Part shown: positions 39,175 through 51,629 of the stretch, piece by piece | Numbering within the stretch: the first letter of the stretch is position 1 | How the letters are laid out: the number at the start of each line of letters is the position of its first letter | NCBI GenBank assembly: GCA_951406725.2 | Contig: OX597818.1 | Location: 69,998,001-70,062,000, forward strand | Source of the DNA: Octopus vulgaris | Lineage: Eukaryota | Length of the DNA stretch: 64,000 bases | Direction of reading: 5' to 3' | Program-made: the position numbers and the translations under genes | The notes under the pieces: model-generated | What the model saw: only the letters and a program-made list of their open reading frames with translations | The model's database searches: none | Told to the model about the DNA's origin: nothing

Positions 39175-41312
39175 AGGTACATATCTGAATATACATCCTC
39201 ATCATCATAGTCATCATTGTTCCCTGTTGGCATTGGTTGGATGGTTTGAAAGGATCCGATGTGACCAAGGACTTCCTCATCCTCCAATGTCAGCTTTTGT
39301 GTGATTTTCACAGCTGGGTGTCCTTCAGAATGCCAGTCACTTTATAGTGTGTATTGTCTTTTCTTTCATGCCACTGGCACTATTGAGACCCACATGTAGC
39401 TCCCAAGTCTATAAACATGAGGAAAGGGTCTGCTGCATCCATACATTAGTTGGTCAAGGTAGAGCAGGTACCTGTTGTAGAGGCCATTCACATTTAGGGG
39501 AGAGGGTGAAATAAAACTGGTAGCATCTCCAAAAAGTGAGGTAGTGGTGATGGTGGGTTCAAATGGCATCTCAGGTAGAATCGTGGGTGGGGAAGAGATA
39601 CAGGAAATGGGAGGGTGGGAGGCAGGTAACATCTGTAAAGCTCAGGAAGGGTTGAAGGGCCATGAGTTTGAGGAGGCATGAAGGGATGGAGGCAGCAGGA
39701 TAATAATGAGAATACCCTTGACAAGAGAAGAAGGGAGCTGATATGTTTGGGTTGGCTGCAGAAGTGGGAGAGAGAGAGAGAGAGAGAGGGGCACAATGGC
39801 TGAGGGGAGATAAATTCAATGGTTCAGGGAGGTGAGAGAGAAAGAACAATATTAATGGATGGAGACTAGCAAACCAGGGAAATTGTTTTCACTTATGTAT
39901 GTATGTGTATATACTTTGATACTTTGATACTTTTCGGCCATTATTGGCCCAGGCCATGTCTAACTTAATAGCACCATATATCTAATAACAAGAGAAATAT
40001 AGTCGGGTAAAATTTATTTAACCATTAGCAATTCTTATATAACAGCAATTGTTTTGCAGCTTAATAAAATATGTAAAGATAATTCAGTTGGATCCATATT
40101 TTATAACTTAAAATTCACACACACACATGCACACACAAACACACACACACACACACACACACACGTATGTATAGAAGCATTTCCAACTCGTTTGGAAGAA
40201 AAAAGTCAGCATTTCAATACCACTGGTCTGAATGTAGGTATGTGATGTGCATATAGATAGAATGATAGACAGACTGATAGCTGTTGTGTGTGTGTGTGTG
40301 TGTACATAGATACACAAATATATACACAGGCTACATATACATGCGTGCATGTGTGCACATGCAAATCATGCTATAACTCTTGACCCTGAAGAAAACACAA
40401 TGCTCGACTTGCATTGGTTGGTCCACCTCAGTGAACAGGAGCACAATTGCTGGCTCTTAGTTGAGTGGAAAGCAGCAGTAATAGCGGCAACAGTGGCAAC
40501 AAGAGACAGGAAACTCAGCTGTGAAGTAATGCATGCTCCAATGAGGATTTCATATTGAAGCTTATCTAACCCTTTCTACACCATGTGACCTCCTGATGAG
40601 AAGGGTCGGTTTACAATACTGTAAAGATTTACATTTCAAAACACCAATAATCTATGCTGTGCTTCTGTTTTTTTGTTTTTTTTCCAATGAGTAATCTACA
40701 TAATATTCACCTGCATAATATATAAGTTATTCTGATAATAATAGTAGTAGTAGTAGTGATTATAATAACAGAACCGATGATCATGCTGTGTTTTTTTCTT
40801 TTGTTTTTTTTTGTGTTTTTCCTGCTGATATGGGTTGGTTAGGTTATCACAGTCCATGGCATACTGCACAGACTGGAACAGAGAAAAAAGTGGGGGAAAT
40901 GACAAAATTTGGTATTGTGACTGTCTTTGGGGCTGAAACAGAAACTGACCTTTGTTTGCTGTCAGTGTTTGGGGGGTTGGGTGAGGAGGAGTAAAAAGCA
41001 AGTGGTGACTGTAAAACTGAATCAATAGCAAAGTAAAGTGTAGAATTTTCTTAGGAAGAAATATAAAATAAGAATAACTGTGGTTTCAAAGTTTTGCCAA
41101 GAACAGATTGCCCAACAATAATGTAAGACAAGCAGTTTCAGCTGAGACTTTGATGACTCATTTATTTGGTGTCTCTACATATATATATATATGTAGATAT
41201 ATATATATATATATGTTCATGCATGTCCATTGATATGTATATATGTATCTATATACATAAATGTATGTATTTATAGCACGTGTGTGTCGATATATATATG
41301 TAATGTATATGC

Positions 41313-41344
<32 letters not shown>

Positions 41345-41345
<1 letters not shown>

Positions 41346-41580
41346 TACATGTTGAATAAAATACAGAAACAGCTGTAAGACTGACTTTCTCTTTATAAAT
41401 GTCCTGAAAATTGCACACACCCTTGGCTTTGTTGTCTCATTATATTTAACATGTACATACTCACACACAACCTGCCTTAGACTCCTCACTCATATCATTA
41501 TCGAATTGTGAGTTTAACTATGGTCCTTCCACTTACATAGCGTTACCTGCCACCTTGGGTCTTCTGGATAACAATACCTC
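41345..41580 (-). mobile_element. decayed PLE-type terminal repeat with hammerhead remnant
   Basis: Minus strand: TTATC-CAGAAGA-(long stem II)-GTTAAAC-TCACAA-TTC-GATAA. Stem I TTATC/GATAA is intact; the core is mutated. Confidence 0.4.
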
Positions 41581-41593
41581 TCATATATATATA

Positions 41594-42090
41594 TATATAT
41601 ATATAAAACTGTAGTTGTGTGAGTGTCTGTCCCCTTCGATTTAGATTCCTAACTACTCCCACATTTTGCGGTGCAGTTTAACCAAATTCGGGTATCTTAT
41701 AGTCGTGATTAATATCGAGCCCGTCTGGCTATTAGCGCGCGTCTACGATAAGTCTACGATTTTAAAAATAATTTAACATCATTTTTTATTCCATTTTAAT
41801 GCATCATTTTTCGTGTGTCGATGGCGGCGGAGTTGGCGTCCATGGTCACACCTGCACCTGTTTGCTTCTCCCCCTTCTTCCCTCCCTCGTGAAGCTGTGG
41901 GGAAGGGAGTGTAAGGAAATCAACGTCGTAAAGCGTTGTCAAGGAGACCAACGACTTCATGGCTTGAAGACACCAAAACAGAAATGGCTAAGAAAGCCCA
42001 AATTGGCATCTATAAGGGAAGTAACTCTCTAAAAATACTTATATAGTTATTTCCCTTACAAACCCGAGCAACGCCGGGCGATACTGCTAG
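41594..42090 (+). mobile_element. non-autonomous Helitron
   Basis: The 3' end has the subterminal hairpin CCCGAGCAACGCCGGG, then CTAG followed by T. The 5' end (TATATATAAAAC) merges into (TA)n, so the exact start is ambiguous. The body is CpG-rich. Confidence 0.8.
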
Positions 42091-42228
42091 TATATATATA
42101 TAAGTATAATAGAAATATTAAAATTACTAAGTCTCTATAAGTATATATATATAAGTATATGTATGTCTCTCTATCTATATATATATACATGTATGTATAT
42201 CTATCTATATCTCTCTATACATACACAC

Positions 42229-42453
42229 ACATATAAGAGGGATGACCACTAAGTGGACATCCATTATGCTAGAAGTAGACCCCGTATGGTCTTTACTACT
42301 AAGAAAGGATTGTTCTCAAGAAAATATAGCAAACGCTATAACGTAAGCATTTGCTAAATTTTCTTGAGAACAATCCTTTCTTAGTGGTAAGACCATAGGG
42401 GGTCTACTTCTAGCATAATGGTTGTCCACTCAGTGGTCATCCTCCTTATATGT
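42229..42453. repeat. long fold-back palindrome, ~110-bp arms, 8-nt loop
   Basis: GGATGACCACTAAGTGGACA...TTCTCAAGAAAAT.TAGCAAA pairs with TTTGCTAAATTTTCTTGAGAA...TGTCCACTCAGTGGTCATCC. Confidence 0.92.
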
Positions 42454-42566
42454 ATGTAAAATAATTTTTCCAATTCTTCAGATTTTTCTATATGTTAGAC
42501 CACTGGTTTTAAATTGATATTAATCAAATTAATATTCAATTTTTACCCCTATTATTTAAATTTACA

Positions 42567-42569
<3 letters not shown>

Positions 42570-42653
<84 letters not shown>
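42570..42653. repeat. pure (TA)n microsatellite
   Basis: Directly visible. Confidence 0.97.
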
Positions 42654-42660
<7 letters not shown>

Positions 42661-42985
42661 GGCAAAGGTGCATGGCCTAGTGGTTAAGGCATTTGGCTCA
42701 TGATCGTAAGGTCATGAGTTCAATTCCTGGTGATGCATTGTGTCCTTGAGCAAGACACTTTATTTCACATTGCTCCAGCCAACTCAGCCAGCAAAAATGA
42801 GTTGTACCTGTATTTCAGAGGACCAGCTTTGTCACACTCTGTGTCATGGTGAATCTCCCTGAGAACTGCGTTAAGGGTACATGTATCTATGGAATCCTCA
42901 GCCACTTGCATGTTAATTTCATGAGCAAGCTGTTTTGTTGATCATATCAGCTGGAACCCTCACCGTCATAACTGACAGAGTGCTC
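42661..42985 (+). mobile_element. tRNA-derived CORE-like SINE, second family
   Basis: A box TGGCCTAGTGGTTAAGG, B box GAGTTCAATTC, and TGTGTCCTTGAGCAAGACACTT. Relatives lie at 9140, 33385 and 51910 (+) and 51720-51850 (-). Confidence 0.82.
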
Positions 42986-43429
42986 CTTCATATAAAAGTG
43001 AGTAAATATTCAAATGAATACTCATAAAGATATTATTAATGTTTTTATTATTATTATTATCAGCAGCAGCAAATCTAAATAATTGATAACAACAACAATA
43101 ACATTAGTAGCAGCAGCAAGCGATATTAGCATTAAACTGCTATACAATAAATTCATAATTATATTAGAGGGTACACGAAGCTCCAGCTTGCTAGAAAGTG
43201 GAAGGAAAAGCCCTCAACTTAACCATCAGTCTCACTGAAAATATGCAATGGACCAACAGAAATCAGGTAAATGAGCCGAGTTTAATATGTATAGACACAC
43301 CCACATGCACACATACACACACATTAGTAATGAACTGTAACCAACTGTTAAAGAAGATTGCTGTGCAATCATGAACCCCCAGTTTCAATTCTAGCGTGTG
43401 GCTCCTTGGGCAAGTGTTATTTTCCATAG

Positions 43430-44260
43430 CCAATACTGCATGTTATTCAATGCTTAAACTCAATTAAATCTCTTGAAGATTGGATTCCACTTATTAGCAT
43501 CTTGGACAATTTTCTTTACAATCATCTTGGGTTGAAGCATGGAGTTGTGAGTGAAATTGGTCATGTTTGGAGCCAGAAGAAATATCATTAAACTCTAAGG
43601 ATTGTATCAGGTAAACTGTTAGCACTCCCACACTTGTAACCATAGAAACCAGGACAAAGTAGACAGTAGAGCTTGATGTGCAGTCCTCTGGCTCCGTGGA
43701 TCCTGTCAAACCATCTGACTCATGGCAACATTGAAGACAGACATTCATGTTGGAACACAGCCATGGATTTTGTTACATTTTCATAACTTGAAGCCTCTTC
43801 TGAAATGTGGAATTTGGTAAATGAGTAAGTTTGATGTTGCTACCCTCATTTGTACTCCTTGCCATGGGGGAAACCTTTGATAGGAAGAGATTCAGTTTAT
43901 TTTGAAGACACCTACATCCACCCAAAGTAAGTCTCTCAGGCTTCCTTGAAGGATATTGAAGAGCTGTGGGCCCTTAAAACCCAAGCTGTTGCAGCATCTG
44001 TCTTGTCTCTTGATGGTGATGTTGACATCTTTGGCACTATGTACTGACACTTAGTTCTGGTGTTTCTGTAACTTTTAATGCCAGAATGCTTTTAATTTGT
44101 TTTTAATGCCAAAATGATGCTCCTGATGGTTTGCCCTTTTACCTGATATTTCAATATGACTCTTCCTTCTGGAAGTCTTGGGAGAAAAATGGTTGTGTGA
44201 TGACTTCTCTGTTTTGCAGAGTGTGTGCATATTTCATTCCATAATTGCCATCACTGAAGA
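43430..44260 (-). mobile_element. decayed CR1/L2-group LINE fragments
   Basis: Minus strand reads CNSLGFKGPQLFNILQGSLRDL..VDVGVFK (C-terminal motif) and ...ALNNMQ (region after the RT active site). Confidence 0.6.
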
Positions 44261-44370
44261 GTGCAGAGTTACATAATCAAGCTGTTACCTGACATTCCAT
44301 TGAGCCCCTGGTGTGAAACTAATCAGAAAGATCAGCCATAATGGATATATAATATTGTACACTTTGATTA

Positions 44371-44401
<31 letters not shown>

Positions 44402-44739
44402 TACAGCCACATTCATAAACTCATGCACACACACATATATATATATAATATACATACATACATATATATATATAAAAACTATAGCCACATAAATGCACAT
44501 ATATGTATCTATACATGTCGAAATACATATATGCATTTCATAAATAAATATGTGTGCGTGTATGTGCATGTACATGTGCATGTGTAAGGCAGAGAGAGAG
44601 AGAGAGAGAGCAGGAAAACATAGAATGTGATAAACGATAAAGTTAGTAACAGTTACAAACACAGCTGTGGTACTTCAATGGTAGAAAGATAATTTTTAAT
44701 AACAACTTAACACTAACTTCTTCCCACACAATCTGGGAG

Positions 44740-46140
44740 TCATATCGGGAATCCCTGATGATCCATCTAATGTGGATGTTTGGGCAGAAATCGCAAAAGA
44801 AAGAAAATATTCTAAATTGATAAAAATGTTGTTCGTTATAGATGCCATCAGTGTTGAAACACCAAAAGTAGAAGGGGAGCAGATGGTGAATATGTTACAT
44901 TTAATATTCAACATAGAATGGAAAATAGAAAAAAGAGAAACTCTAAAGGCTGAATTCATATGCTTGTAGCTGTAATATATATCTGTATATATTAAGGATG
45001 ACAAGCAAAAATCCAAAAACTACAGGGCAATTTCTCTCATAAATACAGGAAAAGTGTTCAGTGAAATTCTTCTCGACAGAATGGAATGAAGAAACAATGA
45101 GAGAGAGTCGATTTGGTTTTAGAGTTCATGGAAGCATAGTTTATGTCATTTTTATAGACGGACAGATAATTGGAAAAGCAAAATAGCATTACACTTCAGC
45201 TTCATCATCCTTAATGCTGCCGTCAACACATTCTGCTGGAAAACCCAATGGATGATGTCAGTAATAGGTGTAGATCCAAAGATAGTGGAAAGAATAGAAG
45301 CTCTATACAATAAATGCATATCTGTGCCGTGATAATAGATGATCTGTCAATGAATTGGTTTGAAGTGTGCATGGGTGTGAGGCAAGGTTGCCTGCTATCC
45401 ACCATCCTCTTCAACATTATCCTGGAATTTGTAATGAGAACTCCAAAACTTAGATAAAAATTCTGAAATCCAGAATTCACTGAGGACCTCTCCAGTTCGC
45501 ATGATTTTTGACAAATTGAAAATATTCCATAAACATTTAGATGAGGTAAGAATTGGAAATGAAAATACTTGATATGAAGGTCAAGGTACTGTTACATGGT
45601 AAATAAACATCTTGAGTGGATGGCTTTGGTTTGGAAAATGTCTTTGAGTTTATGCTTCTTGGCAGTACAACTCCAGTTCACTTTTAGTTCTGTGATGAAC
45701 CTGAAGAGTTCTGAGGCCAGAAATTATCTTGGTTTTCATAACAAACAAACAACCAGAGGTTTGATACTCCTCCACCAATCCTTGAAGAGTAACCAGTCCA
45801 TTGCAGGGTTCAATCTCAGCTGTTGTTAGTACACATTTACAGCTGTCTGGACAGAAGCAATATGAAATGATACTTTCTACTCTAGAACACAACATGATGC
45901 ATGGTCAGAGAATAGAAAACCTAACCTCACAAGCATGACTCCAACATTGTAACTACTCACTCACATGTCTTCACAGTAAGGGGTTTGTAACCTTTGAAAA
46001 GACGAGTTGTACTGGCATCTGCAGTGTGTTGGAAAGGTGGACCCTAATATCTGAAGAGAGAAGCAAGGCAGAAGTGTTTAAATTGTGGTGTTTGTCATGT
46101 TTGCAGGAAATATCTTTGGGAGAGAGACATAACAAAGGTC
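44740..46140 (+). mobile_element. decayed RTE-clade reverse transcriptase, possibly interrupted by an inverted fragment at ~45620-45960
   Basis: NYRAISLINTGKVFSEILLDRM, FGFR, GVRQGCLLSTILFNIILEFVMR and ERWTLISEERSKAEVFKLWCL occur in colinear order with stops and frameshifts. Confidence 0.85.
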
Positions 46141-46857
46141 TTTGACATCCACCCCTTACTGAAGAGGGATTAATAGATTTGATGGAGGCACAAGGTCGGC
46201 AATTTTAAGGAGCAGGCTTAGTGAATATCACTGACACTAATACTTGAGTGCTACATTATATTATTGACCACAGGCAAAGTTGTTCTTGCTAGGTCTTGAA
46301 CTCGAAACATAAAGGGCTGGAAGAAATACAACAAGCCTTTCTAAAACACACTAACAACTCTTCCAGCTCTTCTGCACATACACCCCCTCCCCCTTACTGA
46401 AATGATTATAAAGAAGCGATTGAAATATTTCTGCTCTGCAATGGGTGGGGGTGGGGTCACATAATAAATACCTTGCTCTTGAATTCCACCAAGACTTCTC
46501 CAGCATCAAAACATGTGGGTGGAGAGGAGACTAAGAAAGAGCGAAGCCAAGGAGTAGTGTGGAGGGCATCAGATCAAAGAGGTGGGAAGGGCTCCAGCTG
46601 GTTTTAGCCCAGGGAAACAAATGAGCAGAGGGCTGAAGAACTAGCTACGGAAAGGTGGACATGTATGAATGGTTTGTATTGTAACAGGTATGACAAGCCT
46701 TCCCAAATATAAAATAAACACACACACGAACACACATACACATATATATAAATGTTTGTTTTTACGTTCAGTCATAATAAAAACCATTTTACATTAATCT
46801 GAAAGGTTACTTCCATGCGTTTGTAGGGTACAAATTTATTATTCTTTATCTCGATGA

Positions 46858-47015
46858 ACATTAATAGTGACTTCAAAGTTCCAGCGAGCTAAAGCATCTT
46901 TAGACTTTCATGCCCACACTTAATCTTGGCTTTGTAGAGTCTCTGTTGAGACTGAGGATGGCTTAGCTGGGCAAAACTTCAAAGTCACTGTCAATGTTAT
47001 TTTGTTAAAGAATAC
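46858..47015. mobile_element. inverted pair of decayed hammerhead-like termini
   Basis: 46858-46905 is the approximate reverse complement of 46950-46998 (CTGAGGA-TGGCTTAGCTGGGC-AAAAC-TTC-AAAGTC). A homolog lies at 56587-56692. Confidence 0.5.
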
Positions 47016-47029
47016 TCCTATAGATGTGT

Positions 47030-47162
47030 GTGTGTATGAGTATGTGTATATATATATATATGTGTGTGTGAGTATGTGTGTATATATATGAGTGTGTATA
47101 TATATGTGTGTATATATGTATGTGTATATATGTATGTGTATATATGTATATATGTATGTATT

Positions 47163-47201
<39 letters not shown>

Positions 47202-47250
47202 GTATGTATGTATGTATTTATGTATGTATTTATGTATTTATGTATGTATT

Positions 47251-47281
<31 letters not shown>

Positions 47282-47320
47282 GCATATGTATTTATATATT
47301 ATATAGATAGATAGATAAGC
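47030..47320. repeat. compound (TA)/(TG)/(TATG) microsatellite
   Basis: Directly visible. Similar tracts lie at 47570-47680, 54840-55070 and 57630-57930. Confidence 0.95.
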
Positions 47321-47605
47321 TAGCAGAAACATTAGCGTCCTGGGTGAAATGCTTAGCGGTATTTTGTTTGTCTTTATGTTTTGAGTTTAAATTTAATTAA
47401 ATATTTTTTATGGTGGTGCTCCAGCATGACCATAGCTACATGGCTGAAACAAGTAAAAACGTATACTGGATCCTGGCACAGCTTTCCAGTATGGCAGCCG
47501 AGTGAAAGCATGCAACCCATGCCAGCATGGACAGCAGACATTAGATGATGATGATGGTGATGGTGATATATATGCATGTGTGTATGTATGAATGTACATA
47601 TATAC

Positions 47606-47669
<64 letters not shown>

Positions 47670-47687
47670 GTGCTTATATACATATGT

Positions 47688-47915
47688 GCGGCGAGCTGGC
47701 AGAAACGTTAGCACGCCGGGAGAAATGCGTAGCTGTATTTCGTCTGCCGTTACGTTCTGAGTTCAAATTCCGCCGAGGTCGACTTTGCCTTTCATCCTTT
47801 CGGGGTCGATAAATTAAGTACCAGTTACGCACTGGGGTCGATATAATCGACTTAATCCGTTTGTCTGTCCTTGTTTATTCCCTCTGTGTTTAGCCCCTTG
47901 TGGGTAGTAAAAAAA
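47688..47915 (+). mobile_element. Meta-like tRNA SINE, full-length young copy
   Basis: Very similar to 35628-35854. Confidence 0.88.
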
Positions 47916-48484
47916 TGTATATATGTTTATATATGTTTATGAATTATGTGTAACATCATCTGTGAGTATATATATATACACACACACACACACATAAACG
48001 CATATGCATGAGCGTGGGTGTGTGTGTGTAAATTAAGAATCTTTGTGGATGTATTGTTGGTGTTGGTGCTGTAACAATAATGGTCATAACTTGCTTCCAT
48101 GTTGCTAAGTTTGTAATTTATGCATTGCTTATGTCTGTAATTCCAAGACTTCACACCTTTAAAAGAGCACTTCCTTCTCTTTGTCTGCTTCATCACCAAC
48201 ATCATCCTGATAAACACTTTTATCATAATTACACAGACACACAGACACCAATATATATAGTTGTATCTACAGACAGGTGTGGTAGCAGGTATAACACGTA
48301 ACATACATCACAGCACTACTTCACAACAGCACTCATTAAAGAAAAAAAAACAAAGTTGTGATATATAAACCATGTGACAATTGAATTAGATTTATAGCTA
48401 TGGAAGAATGCTCGAATAACATGCATCTGACCATTTATGATGTGTTAAATGATGCAAAATTATATGATACACACACACACACAT

Positions 48485-48515
<31 letters not shown>

Positions 48516-50122
48516 CGCACACATTCACACACATACAAACACATTCAATCACACACATACAAACACAATCAGTCACACATACATGCACACACACACACAC
48601 CTTGTTGTGTGTGTGTGTGCCTGTTGTTGCCATCCTCGTCTGACATCATCTGATTGTTGTAAACAAGCAGCACCGTCTTCCAAGCGGTGTCTCTGATTTC
48701 CACTCCCCCATTTCAACATGTCTGGCAATGGGAAATTGTCACTTTATTTGTGAACCGGTGAGACTTGAAAACTTGATGACAAGCATTCGGCTATAGAAAT
48801 TCCGTCACAATGAATTGCATTTGTTCCATGCAGCCATGGAAAAGTGGATATTAAATTGATGATAATATATATTTAAGTATGAATGTGTGTATATATATGT
48901 ATATATATATATATCTTTGTACAGGAGTGTGTATGATATGGTATGTATAATTTATAGTTGAGGTGTAAAGAAGTTTTGTTATCATTTCCTCAACTTCATT
49001 ATCAGTTGTTATCGATGTTGTTTCCAAGTTTTAATCATTTCTTTAACATTCTGCTACATTTCACTTTATGTTCCAAAGACCTTAAACAGCTACTCAATTG
49101 TTACACCATCAAACAGTAAACTGACACCTACTTACCAACGAATTTAATGGGAAGCTAGAATAGTGCCGAATCTTTATTAAGAACGGTTCACTTTATGATA
49201 GAACATGTTGTTAGCAGGCAGGCATAGTTTAGGAGTAACAAATATCAAGGTTGAGCTTTCAGGGTTCAAATGTTTAGATTGATTGCATCTGTTATTGAAT
49301 TAGGGTCAATAAAGAATGCGAGTAATGGCAAAGGCCTGAGGTAGGCCTTCAAATAAACAACCGGTGAGGAATGGTTGCCTTATTGTCCGTTTAACTGAAT
49401 TAAAAGAGAAAACAATTGATTATGGTATCTCGTGACTTATTTTATTATCATTCATTGATTTATTCAAATATTTCTGGAAATGGAAGGAACAACAGCAGAT
49501 TTGTCAGGCATTTACATGTAGAAGCACACTTACACATGTGTCCGAAAGTCTACGACATATATATTTCAGTGAAACTGAGCAGTGTCTTGGGCAAGTGTTT
49601 TCTATTATAACCCTGGGACAACCAGAAACCTTGTGAGTGGATTTGACGGAAAGGAACTGAAGGAAGACTATTCATGTGTACGTGTGCGTGTGCACGTGTG
49701 TGTGTGTACACACAAACACTCGTATATGTATGTATATGGTTTAATGTGTGCCTGTTTGTTTGTTTTCATGGGCAACTACTTGTTTGAAAGTGAAGAAGTT
49801 ATTTCCTCCAACCAACAAATTGTCCGTTCACTTTACTCTATGATGCCATGTGGAACTGAGAATTAAAATCCCTGACTTGAAAATACAGGAAATGGTTAGT
49901 ACCAGAAAGGTTATCTATTTGTAAAACTATACTTTGAGATATTCCTCAAACTCATGCAAGCTCAAACAAATGGATGTAAAACAAATGAAAAGTGTTTAAA
50001 CATAACTATGTCACCTCAAGGTTTGATCTCACATAGTAGCATCTTAAGCAAGTCTCTCATTTCCAATCTAACCACAGATGAAAATGGAAACAGTTTGAAA
50101 GCTCATCAGACAGATTGTATCT

Positions 50123-50335
50123 ACAGTTCTATATTTAAGAGATGAGGAATTATGAACATTATTTTACATTTATTACATTATTTACATTATTTACATTACT
50201 TACATTTGACGGATTTTTGTCCTCATTTTGTTTGTTGTTAACACAATATTTCAGCTGATATACTCTCCAGTCTTCATCAAGTGTCTTCGGGAAATTTCGA
50301 ACCTAGGTTCTCATTCCTAAGGTATTTTTTCGATG

Positions 50336-50367
<32 letters not shown>

Positions 50368-50445
50368 TTTATTATTTAGGTCACTGCCTGGAATTAAACT
50401 CGGAATCGTGGGATGAGTAGCCCATGCTCTTACCCACTATGCCTA
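50123..50445 (-). mobile_element. tRNA-headed SINE with hammerhead-bearing 3' end, copy with full tail
   Basis: Minus strand: GGCATAGTGGGTAAGAGC...GAGTTTAATTC, (TAA)n, body, GACAC-TTGATGA-A-GACTG...CAGCT-GAAAT-ATT-GTGTT, (AATGTAAAT)n, then tail CATAATTCCTCATCTCTTAAATATAGAACTGT. Confidence 0.85.
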
Positions 50446-50446
50446 T

Positions 50447-50705
50447 GAGCATATGGCTTAGTGATTAAGAGCATGGGCTACTAACCCCAAGATTCCGAGT
50501 TCGATTCTAGGCAGTGACCTGAATAATAATAATAATAATAATAATGATAATAATAATAATAATAACATCGAAAAATACCTTAGGAATGAGAACCCAGGTT
50601 TGAAATTTTCCCCAAGACACCTGATGAAGACTGGAGAGTATATCAGCTGAAACGTTGTGTTAACAACAACACGAGAACAAATATCCGTCTAATGTAAATA
50701 GTGTT
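50447..50705 (+). mobile_element. tRNA-headed SINE with hammerhead-bearing 3' end, tail-less inverted copy
   Basis: A box TGGCTTAGTG (50454), B box GAGTTCGATTC (50497-50507), (TAA)n, body and HHR at 50616-50661; it ends in AATGTAAATA. Confidence 0.85.
50616..50661 (+). ncRNA. minimal type I hammerhead ribozyme (PLE-type)
   Basis: Stem I GACAC/GTGTT; core CTGATGA; imperfect stem II (A)GACTG/CAGCT; GAAAC; GTT cleavage triplet; palindromic AACGTT in place of stem III. Confidence 0.72.
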
Positions 50706-51393
50706 GATTGTATCTGTAATTTAAAAATCCACTCTTGTTGCACTACCACAGTGATTCTAAGAATCATCACATTAATTGTACTATGTCTGTGGAATACTCA
50801 ACCACTTATATGCTAAATAAATAAACAAATTGAATTGCTAAGTTGATGGAACAACTGAAGACTAATGATCAGAACTTCAGATTGAGCTTATCATCATCAT
50901 TTAATGTCCATCTTCGATGCTGACATTAGTTGGATAGTTTGGCAGGAAGGGGCAAGTCAGACGACAATACCAAACTCTGCTGCTGTCTGTTTCGGCATGG
51001 TTTCAATGGTTGGATATCCTTCGTAACACCAACCACTTTTTAAGGGATACTTGGTGCTTTTAAAAGATTAATAAGTTAACTTAGTGAGATGCTGTGTGTC
51101 ACTGTGGGCCAACACGAAAGAAGTTCTAATAAGCTAATAAGGATGAATCAATATGGTTGATTGACCTTTTAAAGTTAGTAGGCAAATCTTCTTCAAATCA
51201 CACTCTCTGTCTTAAAAGCAAAACAAAAGGACTTATGTAAAATGTGGTCATGAATTCCATGCAGATAAGAAATAAGATAGGATGGTCACTATAGGGATAC
51301 CTTTGATCATAGGTAAATATGATCAGAGCTGACCTGGGGTTAAACAACATAATTGTTTATTTTTTCAGCCGAGTTGTTTTTGTGTTTCATAGT

Positions 51394-51629
51394 TTTTTTT
51401 ATTGCTCAAAAGGGGCTAAACATAGATGGGACAAACAAGGACAGACAAAGGGATTAAGTCGATTACATCGACCCCAGTGTGTAACTGGTACTTAATTTAT
51501 TGACCCCAAAAGGATGAAAGGCAAAGTCGACTGTGGTGGAATTTGAACTCAGAATGTAACGGCTGATGAAATAACTGCTAAGCATTTCGCCAGGTGTGCT
51601 AACGTTTCTGCCAGCTCGCCATCATACTA
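51394..51629 (-). mobile_element. Meta-like SINE with 13-bp TSD
   Basis: TGTGTTTCATAGT at 51381-51393 and 51630-51642. Confidence 0.88.

Noticed and set aside
50447-50515. Functional tRNA gene (also heads at 25750-25820 and 42665-42730)
   Set aside because: There is no proper acceptor stem or terminator; these continue into SINE bodies.
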